From Candidatus Heimdallarchaeota archaeon (GTDB taxonomy: Archaea; Asgardarchaeota; Heimdallarchaeia; Hodarchaeales; Hodarchaeaceae): a stretch of DNA of 51,321 bases. Where the stretch lies: positions 1 through 51,321 of the forward strand of contig RDOB01000011.1 in NCBI GenBank assembly GCA_011364965.1. Direction: 5' to 3'. Below are positions 48,202 to 51,321 of this stretch, one piece after another. Positions within the stretch are counted from its first letter, which is position 1. Each line of letters opens with the position of its first letter. A program made the position numbers and the translations under genes. Below the pieces are notes generated by a model that had not been told where the DNA came from, did no database searches, and saw only the letters and a program-made list of their open reading frames with translations.

Positions 48202-48900
48202 ATGGGGAATCGAGAAGTGAAGTTTATATGGAAAGATTGGGATTGGTATAGTGTTATGAAATTAATATTTCTTCTCCTAGCAATATTAATAGGAGAAGAA
48301 ATTCAGAGAATTATACTATATCCTGAAGTAGCACTCATTGTGAGCGATGGGGTTATATTTCTATTTCAGTGTTTTGGATTTAATGCTGCTAGAATTGAAA
48401 CCCCAAAGGGGATAGGGGTCGTTTTCTATGATCATTTCAATCCGACAGATGTGGAAGTCCTCCACGCCTTAATGAACGCAGGTTGTATAGTTTTTTCACT
48501 CTTCCTTGCTCTAGCCATGGATTATAACCTTCACAATTTAAAATTATATTTTATAAAAGACAATAAAGATACTAAGCAACTAATACGCCATTTCCTCATA
48601 AGTGGTATGGTATTAATTCTGTTCTTTCCATCCACGTTCGTTAGATTTTTGGTAATACTGCTTATATTTCTTCTATTATGGAATACACCACTCTGGCCAT
48701 TACATTATGCCATCGGCCATGATTTGATGGGGAATTGGACCCTGATCTTCGGAACAATCATCCTTTATTGTGTTTTCATGTATAGAGATTATTGGAAGAC
48801 GCAAATATCCAAAACTTGGTTTCATTTTCAATCTTTTATACAATTGATGACTAGATCAGCAGGATTAATTGAAAGTAAAGAAAATGACCAAAGAGAATGA
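48202..48900 (+). CDS. Archaeosortase/exosortase-family membrane transpeptidase
   Basis: Polytopic, with Cys (NAGCIVFSLF), Arg (TFVRFL) and His (GHDLMG) in family order, after a V..LF..FG + beta-hairpin segment. Confidence 0.55.
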   Translation: MGNREVKFIWKDWDWYSVMKLIFLLLAILIGEEIQRIILYPEVALIVSDGVIFLFQCFGFNAARIETPKGIGVVFYDHFNPTDVEVLHALMNAGCIVFSLFLALAMDYNLHNLKLYFIKDNKDTKQLIRHFLISGMVLILFFPSTFVRFLVILLIFLLLWNTPLWPLHYAIGHDLMGNWTLIFGTIILYCVFMYRDYWKTQISKTWFHFQSFIQLMTRSAGLIESKENDQRE

Positions 48901-49249
48901 AGAAGAGAGACGAAAAGAACTTCGGGAACTCCTCTCGACACTTAGACTCCCTGATATAGCATTATTCCAACAATCATAGAAAAAAAAGGAGACGATGTCC
49001 TTTGAAGAGTTTTCACAATTTAACTTTGATAAAGAGTTAGTATTATTTGAGTACATTAGTAAATGGTTTTTTATCCTATATGTGCAATGGTAGCAATCCG
49101 TTTAAAGCAGAAAAAATTGCTGGTATCATCGTTCTTTATATATGGATGAACCAGAAGAAACCCAAAAAATGAGTTATTGGGATTTAATTGTATGGAAAAT
49201 GCAAAGAATGGAAAATGAGGTTGAGATAGAGGAATTTTCAATTGATTGA
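48884..49249 (+). pseudogene. Degraded ORF of unknown function
   Basis: Protein-like fragments MTKENEEERRKELRELL…QQS*(TAG 48977)KKKETMSFEEF… and …MDEPEETQKMSYWDLIVWK…, separated by stops. Confidence 0.35.
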
Positions 49250-49290
49250 CTTAGTTGATGGTTGCAAATATTCTACGAGGGAAGTAATGA

Positions 49291-51321
49291 ATGAATAATC
49301 TTCTGAATGAATCAATCCTAGTTGATTTAACTGAGGTATATATTCGACCAGTCAAAGTTCTCTGGCTTATTCCCCCTTCTAAGGATCTTTCTACTTTTAA
49401 GAAATTATGTTCTGTTGTCTCACGTTTATGGGGTGGAGTAGGGCACTGTATGGTTCCTCAAATAGATTTCCCACCTAATTCTCCATGGTATTCAATCATA
49501 AAAAAATATGACCCTGATATTTTTGTATACGATGATTCGGTGTCTACAAAGGCAATAGTGCCTCATAATATGACGGCTTTTTCTCTAACTTATTCAAACA
49601 TTGATAAAAATGCTAAAGAAGGCTTTACTAGTACTTTTGGACTTGGAATGAATCTTCATAAGTTTGAAAGGTATATGAAATTTAATTATAGTCTTGTTCA
49701 TAAAAAAAATTACTATTGGCATATTGTATTGGGAGATCCCCCCTCAAAATACGAGGATTATGATATAAATGGTAATAAGAATGATTATAGATATGTGTAC
49801 TACACAGAAGATGTCTCTGTTTTTTTCCACCATATACCACCATCTATTGAAGCTCATACTATCCAAACATATAAGAATTCAATGAAATCTCATAGATATA
49901 GAAGAAATGAAGGTTATAAGAGGGATATAATCTACAATATCCGTGATGCTACAACAATAGGTTTAGTTAAGCAATTGGATAAAATTCCAAAGGAATACAT
50001 GAATTCTTACTTTGATGGTAATATTGTGGTAGTTGGGGACTATAAAAATATTGAGACAATTGCTCTTTACTGGAATCTAAGAATTAGTTTCAGAAATACA
50101 TTCTTGCTTTGTCAGGAGAAAATAATTAAGGATATTGATATTCTAATAAAGGAAAAAGCTATTATTTCACTGATCAGTATAGAAATTAGTCTTAGTATTT
50201 TAAAGGAAATAAAAACAGATTTGATGGAAAAATTTGACAATATTAAAATTGAAATCTTAACCCTAGATCAATTACATTCAATCCCCTTTCAAAAATATTG
50301 TTGGGATCGACTGGGAATTGCATTAGAACCCATCACAATAGTTTCAAATGAAATTAAGACTTCATTAAGAACTGTAAATGAGTTTCTAAATGAGTTATAT
50401 GCTACAGTAGGGAAAATAAATTTTGTAACAGAGCTAAGGTTTAAATCAAAGAAATTTCCGAAAAGAATGATATTAAGTGAGCTATTTGACAGTTCTCGAC
50501 GTACCAGAGTAACATCATCGAATGACCTAGCGATCTATCTTAGTGACGAGGATATAAGTCCAACATTAGGAAATGCTCATTTGACAAGGAGTTTTACGTT
50601 CAGTTTATCCTTTCCAACCCCGCTTACGATTCTAGAGACAATTTGCCTGAAATCTCTAAAGAATAATTTCCAAAAAGTTGAACTTTCCAATTTAGGTAAA
50701 TTAACAACTCGCTTTATTCATTTAGCAGGCTCTTTAGAAGAAACTATTAGACTAATCAATAATGAAGGGTGTCTTGAAATTGTTTCTGCCTTTATTAGAA
50801 GGAAAAAAGATAAGAACCAAACACTAGTAAAAGATGATTTTTCTTACAATGGATTAATTAACCAAATAAAAAAATCTAAACGAATCAAACTTTTTGAAGA
50901 GCAGTTATTTCGAGATGGACTATTAGAATTGATAAAGAAAGAGTATATTATTCAAGGATTAACACTGAAATGTACTTCTTGCAGCAACAAAGATTGGTAT
51001 CATCTGGAAGGCATCACAAATAACTACAAATGTAATAGATGTGGTTCTAATAACTTTGTCGGATTGAAACCAAATTGGGCTTACAGATTAAATCAGCTGG
51101 TTTTTAATGTTCTCTCAGAAAGCTCAAATTTAACATTAGAAACTATAATTGATTTGAAATCCATTTCTCAAAAGTCTTTTGAGTTCATCCCGGAATTTGA
51201 GATTTATTATACAAACAGAACAAACGAAAGAAAAAAATATGAAATCGACCTTTTTGTTATAAAGGACGGTAAATTAATAATCGGAGAAACCAAACAATCA
51301 CTTTATGGATTCGATACAGCA
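49291..51321 (+). CDS. Large protein (at least 677 aa, 3'-truncated) with Zn finger and PD-(D/E)XK nuclease domain
   Basis: Read by hand: open from ATG 49291 to the window end; absent from the ORF track. IRPVKVLWLI…LWGG…MVP…YDPD; ALYWNLR; CTSC..DWY…CNRC…WAYRLN; EIDLFV…IIGETK. Confidence 0.8.
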   Translation, partial: MNNLLNESILVDLTEVYIRPVKVLWLIPPSKDLSTFKKLCSVVSRLWGGVGHCMVPQIDFPPNSPWYSIIKKYDPDIFVYDDSVSTKAIVPHNMTAFSLTYSNIDKNAKEGFTSTFGLGMNLHKFERYMKFNYSLVHKKNYYWHIVLGDPPSKYEDYDINGNKNDYRYVYYTEDVSVFFHHIPPSIEAHTIQTYKNSMKSHRYRRNEGYKRDIIYNIRDATTIGLVKQLDKIPKEYMNSYFDGNIVVVGDYKNIETIALYWNLRISFRNTFLLCQEKIIKDIDILIKEKAIISLISIEISLSILKEIKTDLMEKFDNIKIEILTLDQLHSIPFQKYCWDRLGIALEPITIVSNEIKTSLRTVNEFLNELYATVGKINFVTELRFKSKKFPKRMILSELFDSSRRTRVTSSNDLAIYLSDEDISPTLGNAHLTRSFTFSLSFPTPLTILETICLKSLKNNFQKVELSNLGKLTTRFIHLAGSLEETIRLINNEGCLEIVSAFIRRKKDKNQTLVKDDFSYNGLINQIKKSKRIKLFEEQLFRDGLLELIKKEYIIQGLTLKCTSCSNKDWYHLEGITNNYKCNRCGSNNFVGLKPNWAYRLNQLVFNVLSESSNLTLETIIDLKSISQKSFEFIPEFEIYYTNRTNERKKYEIDLFVIKDGKLIIGETKQSLYGFDTA

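Noticed and set aside
48977-48979. In-frame TAG as pyrrolysine or readthrough
   Set aside because: Further stops follow shortly, and TAG terminates intact genes elsewhere in the window; decay is simpler.
1-51321. tRNA, rRNA or transposase genes
   Set aside because: No cloverleaf, rRNA-like GC-rich block or transposase motif recognised by eye; a dedicated scan was not run.

Overview
AT-rich archaeal chromosomal window, most consistent with an Asgard archaeon (probably Heimdallarchaeia/Hodarchaeales-like). This is inferred from a strongly eukaryote-like PriS/PriL primase pair, Hef, F420 genes, a GFE-TM-basic CTERM sorting signal and a small CxxC/H/H protein. Left to right: the end of a surface-glycan cluster (NDP-sugar dehydrogenase, PIG-L deacetylase, ATP-grasp ligase, flippase, GT4); a TauABC/SsuABC-type ABC transporter with its HTH regulator; more glycosylation genes (two GT2, UPF0104, ManC); an orphan receiver domain; an F420/Fo operon (cofD, DUS-like gene, cofC, cofG, cofH; no cofE); lipoate ligase; pcp; methyltransferases; priL-priS; PHP; GT-C; hef; a three-gene cell-surface operon. 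The right end (about 41-51 kb) looks accessory and partly decayed: metzincin protease, ~12-repeat Ig-like surface protein, broken CPBP protease, archaeosortase-like gene, and a large Zn-finger/PD-(D/E)XK nuclease ORF that runs off the window and is missing from the ORF track. Most notable: (1) eukaryote-type primase subunits; (2) a DUS-like flavoenzyme between cofD and cofC, a candidate dehydro-F420 reductase; (3) cofH and priL both have conserved N-termini with no ATG/GTG/TTG start, each in the -1 frame of an upstream TAA-terminated ORF; (4) the candidate defence nuclease. No rRNA, tRNA, CRISPR array or transposase was recognised. All calls come from motif reading; no searches were run.
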